A stretch of DNA of 64,000 nucleotides from Octopus sinensis (Eukaryota). The stretch spans positions 20,224,464-20,288,463 of the forward strand of contig NC_043011.1 in assembly GCF_006345805.1 (NCBI RefSeq). Reading direction: 5' to 3'. Positions 52,225-64,000 of the stretch are shown piece by piece (position 1 is the stretch's first letter; each line of letters begins with the position of its first letter). The notes beneath the pieces were generated by a model. That model was not told the DNA's origin. It was given only the letters and a program-made list of their open reading frames with translations, and did no database searches. The position numbers were made by a program, and so were the translations under genes.

Positions 52225-52820
52225 TAATCTTATTTTGATCACGTGCTATCACTGCAATAACGAGCGCAACTCTGTCTGCCATGGGTATGTGCTGTGGTTT
52301 GTTGTAATGCTCTTATTTTTACTGTATTGAAAGTGTTTTACGTAGGATGTGTGCGGTGCTTAGTAGTGCTATTTTCTGTATGTTATATATACTTGTTAAT
52401 CCTGGTGTTTTGTTATGTATTTGCCTGAATATTTTTATCATACCTAATATCCCCGGGCATATTTTTGTGGTGTTTTTAAATTTATGACTTGTTCACTCTG
52501 TGTTAATCCGAAAAATAAAAAAATTATTTTCTTTTGTATTTTGTTTTTGCTTCGTTTGTGACACGTTTTCATATGCGTGTACGTGTATCCTGTACATTTC
52601 ATGTAGCTGTGTAAAAATTGGGATGTATGTTTGGTCCTATGGGTATTACAATTTATATATCACGGTGTCCGCATTCGAGTGTATGCCTAATTACTCAATT
52701 TATGTACGTGATTTGAAACTGATATTCACTGTGATCTTATGCTCAATTCTACAAACCTAAAACTACTTATAAACTGACGTAAGTATTATTACGATATGAT
52801 ATACTCTGTACTACACGATC

Positions 52821-53381
52821 TTAGAAATTTTTGTTGAATTCATATATATGTCTCTATAAGTGCTAGAATATGCGTGTGTATACATGTGCAACTATAAATA
52901 TACACATATATATATATATGTAGATACACATATATATACATATACATATAATATATATACATACATATATATAAATATACATATATATATATTTGTATAT
53001 ATATATTTGTATATACATATATATATATGTATATACATATATATATATATACATATAATATATGAAATATATGTATATGATATGTAAATATATTATATAT
53101 ATATCATATATACATATTATATATATGTATATATATATATCATATATATCATATATACATATTATATATATGTATATACATATATATATGTGTATATACA
53201 AATATATATATATTTATATATATATATATGTACATTTATATATATGTATGTATATATATTATATGTATATATATGTGTATCTACATATATATATATGTGT
53301 ATATTTATAGTTGCACATGTATACACACGCATATTCTAGCACTTATAAAGACATATATATGAATTCAAGAAAAGTTTCTAA
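52821..53381. repeat. ~560-bp inverted duplication with TA-rich spacer
   Basis: Unique sequence ttagaaa.ttt..ttgaattcatatatatgtct.tataagtgctagaatatgcgtgtgtatacatgtgcaactataaat is present forward at 52821 and reverse-complemented ending at 53381. Confidence 0.85.
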
Positions 53382-54180
53382 TATATATATTATATATATA
53401 TATCATATATACATATTATATATATGTATATATATATCATATATATCATATATACATATTATATATATGTATATATATATATCATATATACATATATTAT
53501 AAATATATATATATATAGATGTATATATTATATGCATATATTATATTATAATATGTATATATTATATGCATATATTATATTATATATATATATATTTATA
53601 TATTATATGCATATATTATATTATATATATATATATATTTATATATTATATGCATATATGACATATATATATATATATATATAATAGCACTACTGACATT
53701 TGATACATCATATTAAACCACAATAAGCGAAAAGAACGAAGAAAAATAGAGGATGTTGAATTTTTGATGGTTGAATTTTGGTAGTTGTATTTTGATAGAC
53801 TTTCATTTTTATTGATACTTTCACAGCCGAACGTGGATGAGAAGAGCAGGAAGGAAAGCTGGCGAACGGCGTTGAAATCTACTTGATGAATGATTTCAAA
53901 CAATACGTGCCATTTGACGATAATTCACCTTCCGAAAGTGGTTTCCGCTTGCTGCAAATTGTAATAAATCGTAAAATAGAGGCGGTAATGAAGCGGAAGA
54001 TCTTCAGACTTTACTGCTGGTTAAACCTAGCATCAATTTCTAACATTTAAAAACTAGCTAGACACGAACTGATTTACAAACTGATATCTATCGTCGTCTT
54101 CAAAAGATTGAAGATCAAGAAGATGGTGAAGGTGATAGAGAATAATAATAACAATAACAACAACGATAATAATAATAATA

Positions 54181-54229
<49 letters not shown>

Positions 54230-54404
54230 TGATGATGATGATGATAGACAACGGGAAGGAAGAAGACAAAGAAGAAAGAGAAAAGACGAAAAGAAAGACA
54301 TGCTGGTGGTTGTAGTTGGTAAAGAAGAAGAAGAAGAGTGTCTAAACATATATGTGTGTTCATATGTGTACGTACAATTTGTGCCTATGTAATAGTGAAA
54401 CAGT

Positions 54405-54437
54405 GATAGATAGATAGATAGATATATAGATAGATAT

Positions 54438-54498
<61 letters not shown>

Positions 54499-54512
54499 CA
54501 GGCAGATTAGAT

Positions 54513-54544
<32 letters not shown>

Positions 54545-54558
54545 CAGGCAGATTAGAT

Positions 54559-54629
<71 letters not shown>

Positions 54630-54673
54630 GCTAGACAGGCCAGATAGATTAGATAGATAGATAGATAGATAGA

Positions 54674-54704
<31 letters not shown>
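54405..54704. repeat. (GATA)n array with GACAGGCAGATTAGATTA variant units
   Basis: Variant units at 54497 and 54543, plus a degenerate one near 54634. Confidence 0.95.
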
Positions 54705-55148
54705 TGTTTCTTTATTAGCCACACAGGCTGCACACAGATAGAACCAATTACAAAGGTAGAGCTTTTCTTTGACGGTTTAAAAAAATAAAAAATAAAAAAA
54801 ATAAAAAATAAAAAAAAATAAAGAAAAAAAATAAAATAAAATAAATAAGAATAAAAAAAAGGGGGGGGTCGATCAAAGGGATCGTAAAAGGAGAGAAAGA
54901 GGACAAAAAAAAAAGGGGTGGGGGGTTAAAAAAAAAGGGGGGAGAGGAAAAAATTGATCAATAGGGATCGTTATCACAGAAATGTCAATATGAAGTGTAA
55001 AGGGGGGGACAGTGAGGTTTACCCGTGGAAAGAAAAGCCTACGGAAAAGACCACGGTAACCTCGGTCAATGAAGTCACATGTTATATTTCTTTTTTTTTT
55101 TTTTTTTTTTTTTTGCAAATAAGCAACTCTCTGTATTAATTTTACGGT

Positions 55149-58100
55149 TCATAGAATCATAGTCAAGGTGGCTTCGTCATTCAAGTACCTCCTTGCTACA
55201 TTCACCCATCTTTTTTTAAAACATTCACTAGACAAAACTTGCCTCTCTACTCTCACTTTTCTTCAAGTGATACTTGAAGAAGTTGATGAGAGATTGACCA
55301 GAGAGGAAAGTGTTGTCTCTAATCCTTTCAGGACGCGTCCACAGATACATTCTTTCGCCATAAGCCACAAGTATGATATAAAAATAGCTCTTCCTTCCCG
55401 TTGAAGGAAGAGGCGTGTGACGTATTAACGATAGACTCGGCTGAAATAAACCGACACGTCCACACCGTGACAGCAGTCGTTCGACATAGCCCACAGGTGG
55501 AAATTGCTGGACACTGCACGATTGCGTGCAGAGTGGTTTCGTCGCTCTGCCCGCATCTCGGGCAGGTCGGCCCGTGTTTCTCGAGCCATGCCTATAGAGC
55601 TTATCCCGAAGGGTAGCGCTTCTCGGTAGCACCGCCAGGCCGGATCTCTGGAAGTTGTCCATGGGTCCGGGCCGAAAGTCGTTTGAAACAGGCGGGTCAG
55701 GTATTCCTCGTCGACGCCCAGGTTTGCCCGAGCTCGTCGTCGTACCTCCCCTCCACTAATCCCTATAAAGCTTTGGTTGTGTTGAAGTCACTCAAGGTCG
55801 ACCCGGGACGGCAGAGTTGCTTGAGAGCAAACGCGACACTCGCTCGGTGCCATTCGCCCTCTTCGGCCTCTTTTTGATCCACGACTGTAGTTCGGTCATG
55901 GAGACGAGTTGCGGAATGCGTGCCTCACAAACGGCGAACCACACCTGTTCACCGTCGTCTACATAGAGCCGGAGATGTCGCAGTCTCAGCGCGTGTCTGA
56001 CGCATCATCAAACCCGGCATGCCCAGCCCTCCTTTTAACGGGTGTTGACAGCAAATGGATCGCCTGACCATCGGGACGCATCCTTTCCACAAGAAGCGGA
56101 AGAGGATGCGTTCTAGTTTGGTGATGGTAGGGTCGGGACAAGGTACGACGGTCAGGCGGTAGTAGATGATGGACGAGATGTGTACGCGTTCACCACCCCG
56201 CCCGACCTTTTAGGGACAGTTTCCTCTCGGCCCATTGCTGGGCGAGAGTGACCACCTACTCGTTATCTCGTTCCAGTTCTTCTCCATTTGGGAGGTCCGG
56301 ACCGAACCAGACCCCGAGCAACTCAACCGGGCCGTCTGTCCAGCGTCCCCACGACGGAGGTACTGGTGGACGGCATGGGTTTGCTTCTCCAGTGCCGAGC
56401 GCAAGCCCACTGACTTTTCCCGGTGATTTTTGCTCCTGTCACCGCTTCGTAGTCTTTCAGTGTCTCGCCGACCCGCTCGATGTGCTCGGGGCTTGACACT
56501 ATGACGGTGACGTCGTCCGCGTATGCAGACACGCTCGTCCCGCATCCTAATTCTCGCGGGATGCCCCTCAGAGTCGCCAGCTTCCGCAGTAGTGGCTCAA
56601 GAGTCAATACGTATAGAAGCGCCGAGAGGGGGCATCCCTGACGGACCGAACGTGCAATGTCGAAGGGTCTCGATAGATGTCCATTTACGCGAATTACCGA
56701 ACGGATGCCTCTGTACAAGGCAGCTATCCAGCCGCGGAAGACGGGACCGAAACCAGCCGCTCTCAGGACTGCCTCCAAGTATCGATGGTTACCCTATCAA
56801 AGGCTTTCGATTGATCCAAGTGATCAGGGCCCCACCATGCCAGGTTCGTTAACTACCCTGTCTATGATGTAGCGCATCAGATGGAGGTTGTCATGGATGC
56901 TCCGGCCCGGCACGGCGCACGTTGTGCGTTGTCGACCAGTTTCTCTATGACAAGCGCCAACCTCTGGCTAACACCTTGTCAAAATTTTCAGGTCTGCATT
57001 GAGCAGAGTGATGGCCTAAAGTTATCTATAATGTTTCCCTTGTTTGGATCTTTCTTCAGCAGAGTTACAGCTCCTCGACTCACAAAACCGGGTATGCTCC
57101 CGTTTTGCTGCCAGTTGCAGTATACCGCTGCCAAGACGTCTCCAAACAAGTCTGGCATACAATAGTAAAATTCGTAGGGTAGACCATCCAAACCCGTGAT
57201 TTGTCCCTCGAGCATTCTGCCATCGCTTCCCGCACTCCGCCGCCGTGATGGCACCTTCGCAGCACCCTGCTTTCTTGTCGAGAGTCGTGGCAGGCTATGT
57301 AGGTAGGCACTGAAGTCTACCCTACGTTCTTGCCCTCCACTCGTCCCGAACAGTCGGGCAAAATGCTGCTGAAAGGCCTCACACATTTTACTTGGCTCGA
57401 GCAATTCGCGCCCCTGTTCATCTACCAGTGACCGAATGGTGGCTTTGTTGCCTGTTGCGCTCTGCCCACCCGGGCCTCTCTCGCGGCTCCAACACCTTCG
57501 TTCCTTAGAGCACGCATCCTAGCTCTGACAGCACATCCTTCGTGTTTGGCGTTGAAGGTTGGTCGAGGGCCAACCTCGCCGCCAAAACGTCGGATGCGAT
57601 GCCGCTTCTAATTGCCTCTTCTAGCTTCTTAACTAGCTCACCTCTACTCTATTTCTATCTATGGCTAGTGCTTTGCTGTACTAATCGCTTTCTGCTTTAC
57701 TGCTCTCTTGAGGGCAAACACCATTTGTTGTTGATGATGGCTCCCGTCAAAGCCTCTTTACTAGTGTGCTAATCCGGTCTCTGAAAACTGTCTGGACGGG
57801 AATGATGCGTCAGTTTCCAGTACCCAGGACCCTGTCTATGTGCCTTATCTAAGTCTAGCGTACACGTCACCAATTGTGATTGTGTAGCTGGTAGCTGACT
57901 GTGTGGAATTGTGGACATCCTAAGTTATCCTTGTCTACTGTCCTACACAGGATCCTATTAGATACGATCTCGACGACCCACTGCGGTTGCTCCAGTCCAC
58001 GTTGGTGCATTGGGTGGTCGAGTCGGTACCTGTCAGACAGTGGAATCGTCTGAGCAGGTCTCTGAGGCATTTGCATCCCCTTCTGTTCTGTCTCTACCCA

Positions 58101-58551
58101 CGTAGTCTACATGCGTGTCCAAGGTAGCATTCCAATCCCCCACTAAGAGTAAAGGACGAGACGTTCCCAAGAATACTTCTAGACGTCGAAAGAAATCCGC
58201 CCGACCTGTTAAGGGCGGTGCGTAGACTGATACGAGTCGAAAAGCGCACCCATTGCTGCCGTCAACATCCAGAACGATCAGTCTACCCTCCGGGTCTACG
58301 AATATCGTCTTGACTTCGAGATCCAGGCTCTGTGAAAAAGTACCGCGGTGCCACTACCGCCATCCTCGGCAGACAGGGAGCGAAATAAATGTTAAACGTC
58401 CGCCAAACATGGACTTTAGGGCCCGTGGCTCGTGGAGTCTGGTCTCACTTATGGCTATGATTCCCAAATCATGTGACTTGATGTCATTAGGAGGTATCCT
58501 TGTTTCAAGGAGACCCAAGCCACGCGCATTCACACAACCAATCTTGACCAT
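55149..58551 (-). pseudogene. ORF2 (APE endonuclease + reverse transcriptase), frameshifted
   Basis: MVKIGCVNARGL...IIAISETRL (APE); GLDGLPYEFY; SVRQGCPLSALLYVLTLEPLL; YADD at 56512-56523; split over many frames. Confidence 0.92.
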
Positions 58552-58599
58552 GATTCTATTGGGGTGTGTGCTTTTAAAACAACAAATGAAAGTACAGAG

Positions 58600-60694
58600 A
58601 GTACTTACTTGTGTCGAAAGTTTGGCTTCCTCGTCTTTGATGTGTCTTCGAGGAGGTTTCTATATAGTTTTTGGGACAGATATTTCTGGAAACCCCCTAC
58701 AGCATTTGGGAAGAGGGCTTTGAGTTTGTGGTGTTGTGTTGTTTGTGAGTGTAGTATTTTGGTGTTGGGTGGGTGGTGTAGTGCGTGGATGATTGCTTTT
58801 AAAGTCATCTTCACAAATGTTTGTGTATCCTGTGATGTACTCCATTAGTTTGGAGTCTTTTGTGTCTATCGCTGATAGCATTGTTTTTGTGGTGTTGGTG
58901 CTTGTTTTGTTGTGTATGGAGTTTTCAGGGTTCAGGTATCTCCTGCTTTGGTTGCGATTTCTTGTTTGGTTTTCTTGATCTTTTTCTTTACCCCCTGTGG
59001 CTATTTGCCATTCTGTCGAACTTTCATCGTTAGATGAAAAGTCTGACGAATCAGCAGGGGGCAAGGGTTAAAGCGTCTGGGTGTGTTTGTGCGGTTGTAG
59101 ATATTGTTGTGGTGCGCGGGGAGGGTGTTGCGGGGGGGTTGTTGTGGTTATTGTCTCTCCTACATCCTGGTGCTTGTTTCTTCGTTGTTATTCTTGGGTT
59201 TTGTTGGAATTGGTTTATTTGTTGTTGGTGGTGATGATTCTGTTCTTGGCGCTGGTGTTGGTGTTGTTTGGTTGGGTTGGTTGTTCTTTGTTGTTTTTCC
59301 TGCATTTCCGCATACAGCTTCTTGACTAGCTGTCCATATGTGGTGGTGTGGGCAATAATCCTGGTTTTGTTGATTTTCCTGTGGCTGTTGTTGTTGTTGT
59401 AATTTTGCGGCAGATTTGCACTCCTTTTTGAGGTGTGCCTCACTGCCACATGTATAGCATCGTGGCCTTCTGCCCTCGACTACTACGTATAACTTGCAGC
59501 CATCCTCAAGATGTACGTGGGTGGGGATTTTATTTATGTCCTCTTGACTTATGTGGAAGAGGAACTCTATTCTCTTCCCAGCCAGTCCTTGTTTTCCGAA
59601 ACACCGATATCTAGGATGTTTATGTCCTCCATTTCGGATGTTACGGCGGATGTATCCACAGTGTTGTAGTCACTTGGGGGACACCACTGATAATGACTTT
59701 CGTCACCTTCTGGCCGAGGTAACTCGGTGTCAACGTTAGTTCATCAGAATGAAGGGTTATCGTTGAGAATTTCTTCGCCAACTCTTCATTCTGAAAAACC
59801 ACTGTACGTGTGCGAACTTGTTCGCCAAGTCACACAATCCTTGTATCCCTGATGGGCGTAAGCACTTTTCGACTTTGTCTGTGCTTGCCTTTTCTGGACT
59901 TTTGTTTTTTTATTTGTGATTTATATACAATTGTCTTTTTTTTCTCCTCATTCAGATGTGCTGAGGGTATGTGTAAGAGTATTTTTCCGTTTTGATTTGT
60001 AATAAGGTTTCTGCAATCTTAATCTGTTGTGTAGTAAACGAAATTTTGTTACCTTTTCTTTTATCGCCTCGGCGAAGTTTGTTGTTGTTTTGTTATTGTG
60101 TTACTGTTGATGTTGGGCAGGGGTGTGGGTTGTAGGTTTGTGGTTGCTGATTATGCAACTAGCAAGGGGTGGTGGAAATTGCCTGCGTAATTTAGTCCTG
60201 CATTAGCGCAAATTTCGGCATTTCGTTGCTTGTCGTCGTTATTTTTTCACTTGTTGGTGATGGAGTGAGCAGTGTTGAAGGGAATTGTGTTGTCGTCGTC
60301 GTTCGTTGTTGTTGTTGTTGTGTTGTTGTTATTGTTGTTATTGTCGTTCTTGGTGACGGCGGTGGTGTTAGTAGTATTAGTAGCATTGACGGCACGGTCT
60401 TTGGTGGCGGTGGATGGTGATGTTGGTATTGTTATTGGTGGCGACGTCTTTAGTAGGGATAGCAGTTTTAGTAGCAGATTCGGCCAGGTGTGTATCGGTG
60501 TTGGTGGTGGTGGTGGACTCACTGATGGTGTTGACGGTGCTTGGCCTTGCGACCTTTGTTTTGTATTTGTTGCTGTTGTCGATGTTGATGGTGGCGGAGT
60601 TGTCAGGTTCAGCGTAAGGTAACAGAGCATCCTGTTTTTCTGCCTCTGCGTCACGGTTGACTTGCACCTCAGCCTCGTGGTGACCAGTGGCCAT
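58600..60694 (-). pseudogene. ORF1 (low-complexity T/N-rich regions + CX2CX4HX4C zinc knuckle), frameshifted
   Basis: aaaATGgccactggt start at 60694; LYVVVEGRRPR-CYTCGSEAHLKKEC at 59418-59459. The downstream end of the ORF is approximate. Confidence 0.75.
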
Positions 60695-60917
60695 TTTGGA
60701 AATAAAATGGCTAAATGAAACCACGAAGGCTATGAGAATTTTTTCTTTTAAATTTTGCCCACAAGGGGCAAAATTTTGTGGAGATATTTATCAAAGGTTT
60801 ACAGTGGATGTTGTTGCACAACTTTTAAACACAAAATATTTCACAATAAATAATTTTCAACGTACAAAATGACCAACTTACGTGGAGCCCATTTGACTAG
60901 CGTCCGTCCGTCCGTCC

Positions 60918-61616
<699 letters not shown>

Positions 61617-61617
<1 letters not shown>

Positions 61618-61880
61618 CTTTCTTTATTAGCCACACAGGGCTGAAAACAGAGGGGACAAATACAAATGTAGAGCTTTTCTTTTCGAAGATGGAAAAAGAA
61701 AAAAGGAACAAAAAAGGAAACAAATGTAAAATTCCGATCAAAAGGGATCGGGAAAAAAAAAAGCGATCAAAAGGGATAGTGTATCACAGAAACAAATATT
61801 TTTAAAAGTAAGAAACAAGATTAGGTTCATCCGTGCGAAGAAAAGCCTACAGAAAAGACCACGGTAACATCAGGTAGGGA
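61617..61880 (-). mobile_element. 3'-UTR stub of a related Tx1-clade element
   Basis: tttctttattagccacacagg..., gtagagcttttcttt, gatcaaaagggat and gaagaaaagcctac.gaaaagaccacggtaac all match 54707-55065. Confidence 0.85.
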
Positions 61881-61974
61881 GGCTTACAGTAGAAGACACT
61901 TGCACAGTGGGACTGAACCCGGAACCATATAAGCAAGCTCCTTACCATACAGCCACTCCTCATATATACATTAG

Positions 61975-62560
61975 ATAGAATGAGATAACAAGAGGCGGTG
62001 TGAGAAAATATTTGAGTTTGAATTATTGCGGAAAAGAAGGAGATAGGGAATATAGAGGGTAATAAGAGAATGAAAGTAGAAATAAGATATATAAAGATAT
62101 TGTATTTGCAGTTCCATTATTCAAGGAAAATGGTGTATAGAAGTTGTAAAATATTTCTTGTACATGATATGTAAGCTTCACTAGCAGTTCACGTTTAGAC
62201 ATTTCAAAGTATGGAGACGTAGAATCAGTGTTGCTCGTTCGAAAAGATTTTGTGGTGTGAATGAAAATTTGAGAATGTATTAGTAGTACTTGTGGATAGA
62301 TGGAGGGTGGAGAGATGTGTATGATTAGAGAGGGGATAGGTCAAATTTGAAACAGGAAGACAAAATAAGAGGAAGAAAGAGAGAAAAAGAAAAAAAAGGA
62401 GAAAAACAGCGAAAAAGTAAGGAAAGGGTGAAAGAAGTGAGAAAGGGAGTGGTAATTGGTGGCCAAGATAATGTGATTGGAGGATGGGAGAGGTGTGGTG
62501 GCGAGATAGGAAGAGATGAGAAGGTAAGGAGTAAAAGAATGTGAGATGTGTGAGTAGGGG
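61975..62560 (-). mobile_element. Second copy of the family C repeat, lacking the hammerhead segment
   Basis: Collinear with 43165-43850 apart from a ~95-bp deletion after atgagataacaa. Confidence 0.7.
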
Positions 62561-62891
62561 TGATATTACAGTGCTGCATTAAGGGATGGGTAGAGAAAAG
62601 GTAGAGAAAAGGTATGGGTGGGTTGATACCGAAGTCAGTAGTAGTTTTAGTAGCAACATTTTAGGTGGAGGGAAGAATACAAGGATGTTAAATTACTATA
62701 GATAGACGTAAGTGGTAGGTTTGTTATAGGTAAGAATAGGAGAGGAGGAAAGAAGATATAATGGCATACGTACGCATACACTTGCGAATATGTAAACATA
62801 CATACGCACATATATATACAGACATATACATAGCCTATACACACACACACATAAATTCACTCTTTGGGTCTTCTAGATACCAATACCGGTC

Positions 62892-62983
<92 letters not shown>

Positions 62984-63529
62984 ATCTATATTTACATGTT
63001 ACTTAGTATGAAGATTGATGTTGCTATCAACAGAAAATGTTTTGTAAGTGCTGTGAGGCAAACTTTCATAGTGATTTAAACAGGGTTGGAGTAGTTGTGA
63101 AACACTGTGTCTAGGAAATGATGGAAGGTTGTCACTGTGCTACCAACTGCATGTGAGGCTGTCTGACTATTTTGCTAAAGCGTTGAAAGTTTGAAAGGTT
63201 AAAAAGAGAGGCTGTTAACACTGGTCTCTATAGTACGCCTCTCTGAAAATTGTCACATAATGACAGGGACAGCTAATGTCGAAGCTAACTGTAACAACAA
63301 ACTGTGTAAGTGTTAGTCTAGTCGTCTAGAGTACAAAACCTCGGTAGCCTCGCAAGTAATTTATTTGCCAGCGTTATACGTTGTTACTTAAGAGGGCGAT
63401 GGATGTTTTTTTTTTCATTTTTGAATATTTTCTGTTTTATAATTTATTTCTTTTTTACATAAGCGGCGTCGAAAAATTCACAGATATTGATGTGAGCTGA
63501 CAATAATATATTGCTGTTATTGTAAACGA

Positions 63530-63655
63530 CGACGATGATGATAATAATGATGATGATGATGGTGATGGTGATGGTGATGGTGATGGTGATGATGATGATG
63601 ATGGTGGTGGTGATGGTGGTGGTGATGGTGGTGGTGGTGGTGGTGGTGGTGATGA

Positions 63656-63689
<34 letters not shown>

Positions 63690-63800
63690 GATGAGGATGC
63701 TGATGATAATGATGATGATGATGATGATAACGATGATGATGAAGTCGACGAGGACGATGACGAAGCTGGTGATGATGACGATGATGATGACGATGACGAT
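63530..63800. repeat. (GAT)n/(GGT)n/(GAC)n trinucleotide mosaic
   Basis: Directly visible; the poly-M/V pseudo-ORF is an artefact. Confidence 0.95.
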
Positions 63801-63956
63801 AATTACTTTATATAATGTTTTTGCGGTATATGTTGGATACAAATGTTTCCCAGTTTTCTGCTCTTTTAAGTTTTTTTTTTTTTTTGCTAGCTTCTTTTAT
63901 GTTTTCCGCTTTTCTTTGATTGTTTGATGCCGAGTTTTATTTCAGTTGTACAGTTC

Positions 63957-64000
<44 letters not shown>

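Larger units (their letters stand above)
54705..60900 (-). mobile_element. Near-full-length Tx1/L1-clade non-LTR retrotransposon
   Basis: ORF1 with CCHC knuckle, ORF2 with APE endonuclease and RT, and a 3' UTR ending gtggctaataaagaaa directly against (TATC)n. Confidence 0.92.

Noticed and set aside
50550-54130. Possible promoter/5' UTR region (aaaATGGCGG at ~50556, CpG-richer patches at 51.4-51.7 kb and 53.8-54.0 kb)
   Set aside because: Short motifs expected by chance; the candidate exon after tttcacag at ~53826 is closed in all three frames.

Overview
AT-rich eukaryotic non-coding DNA dense in microsatellites ((TA)n, (TG)n, (TATG)n, (GATA)n, (CT)n) and transposable elements. The repeat make-up suggests a coleoid cephalopod, probably Octopus (inference only). 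I find no supportable host protein-coding gene; almost all listed ORFs are microsatellite read-throughs. Recognisable content: (i) a near-full-length but frameshifted Tx1/L1-clade LINE (54.7-60.9 kb, minus strand) between two (GATA)n arrays, a second 3'-UTR stub, and a further Tx1-like cluster at 5.8-9.5 kb; (ii) decayed Penelope-like RT and GIY-YIG fragments; (iii) at least four tRNA-derived SINE families; (iv) Tc1/mariner and hAT relics and a Merlin-like MITE nested in a hAT MITE; (v) a tRNA-Glu(CTC)-like sequence. Most notable: five families of short elements each carrying a minimal type I hammerhead ribozyme motif, four of them lying shortly upstream of a (TA)n tail. One five-copy family has a fixed non-canonical core (CUGUAGA), and another forms a 352-bp tail-to-tail hairpin. 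Also notable: apparent (GATA)n targeting by the Tx1 LINE, a 3' tail shared between that LINE family and an abundant SINE, and several fold-back palindromes.
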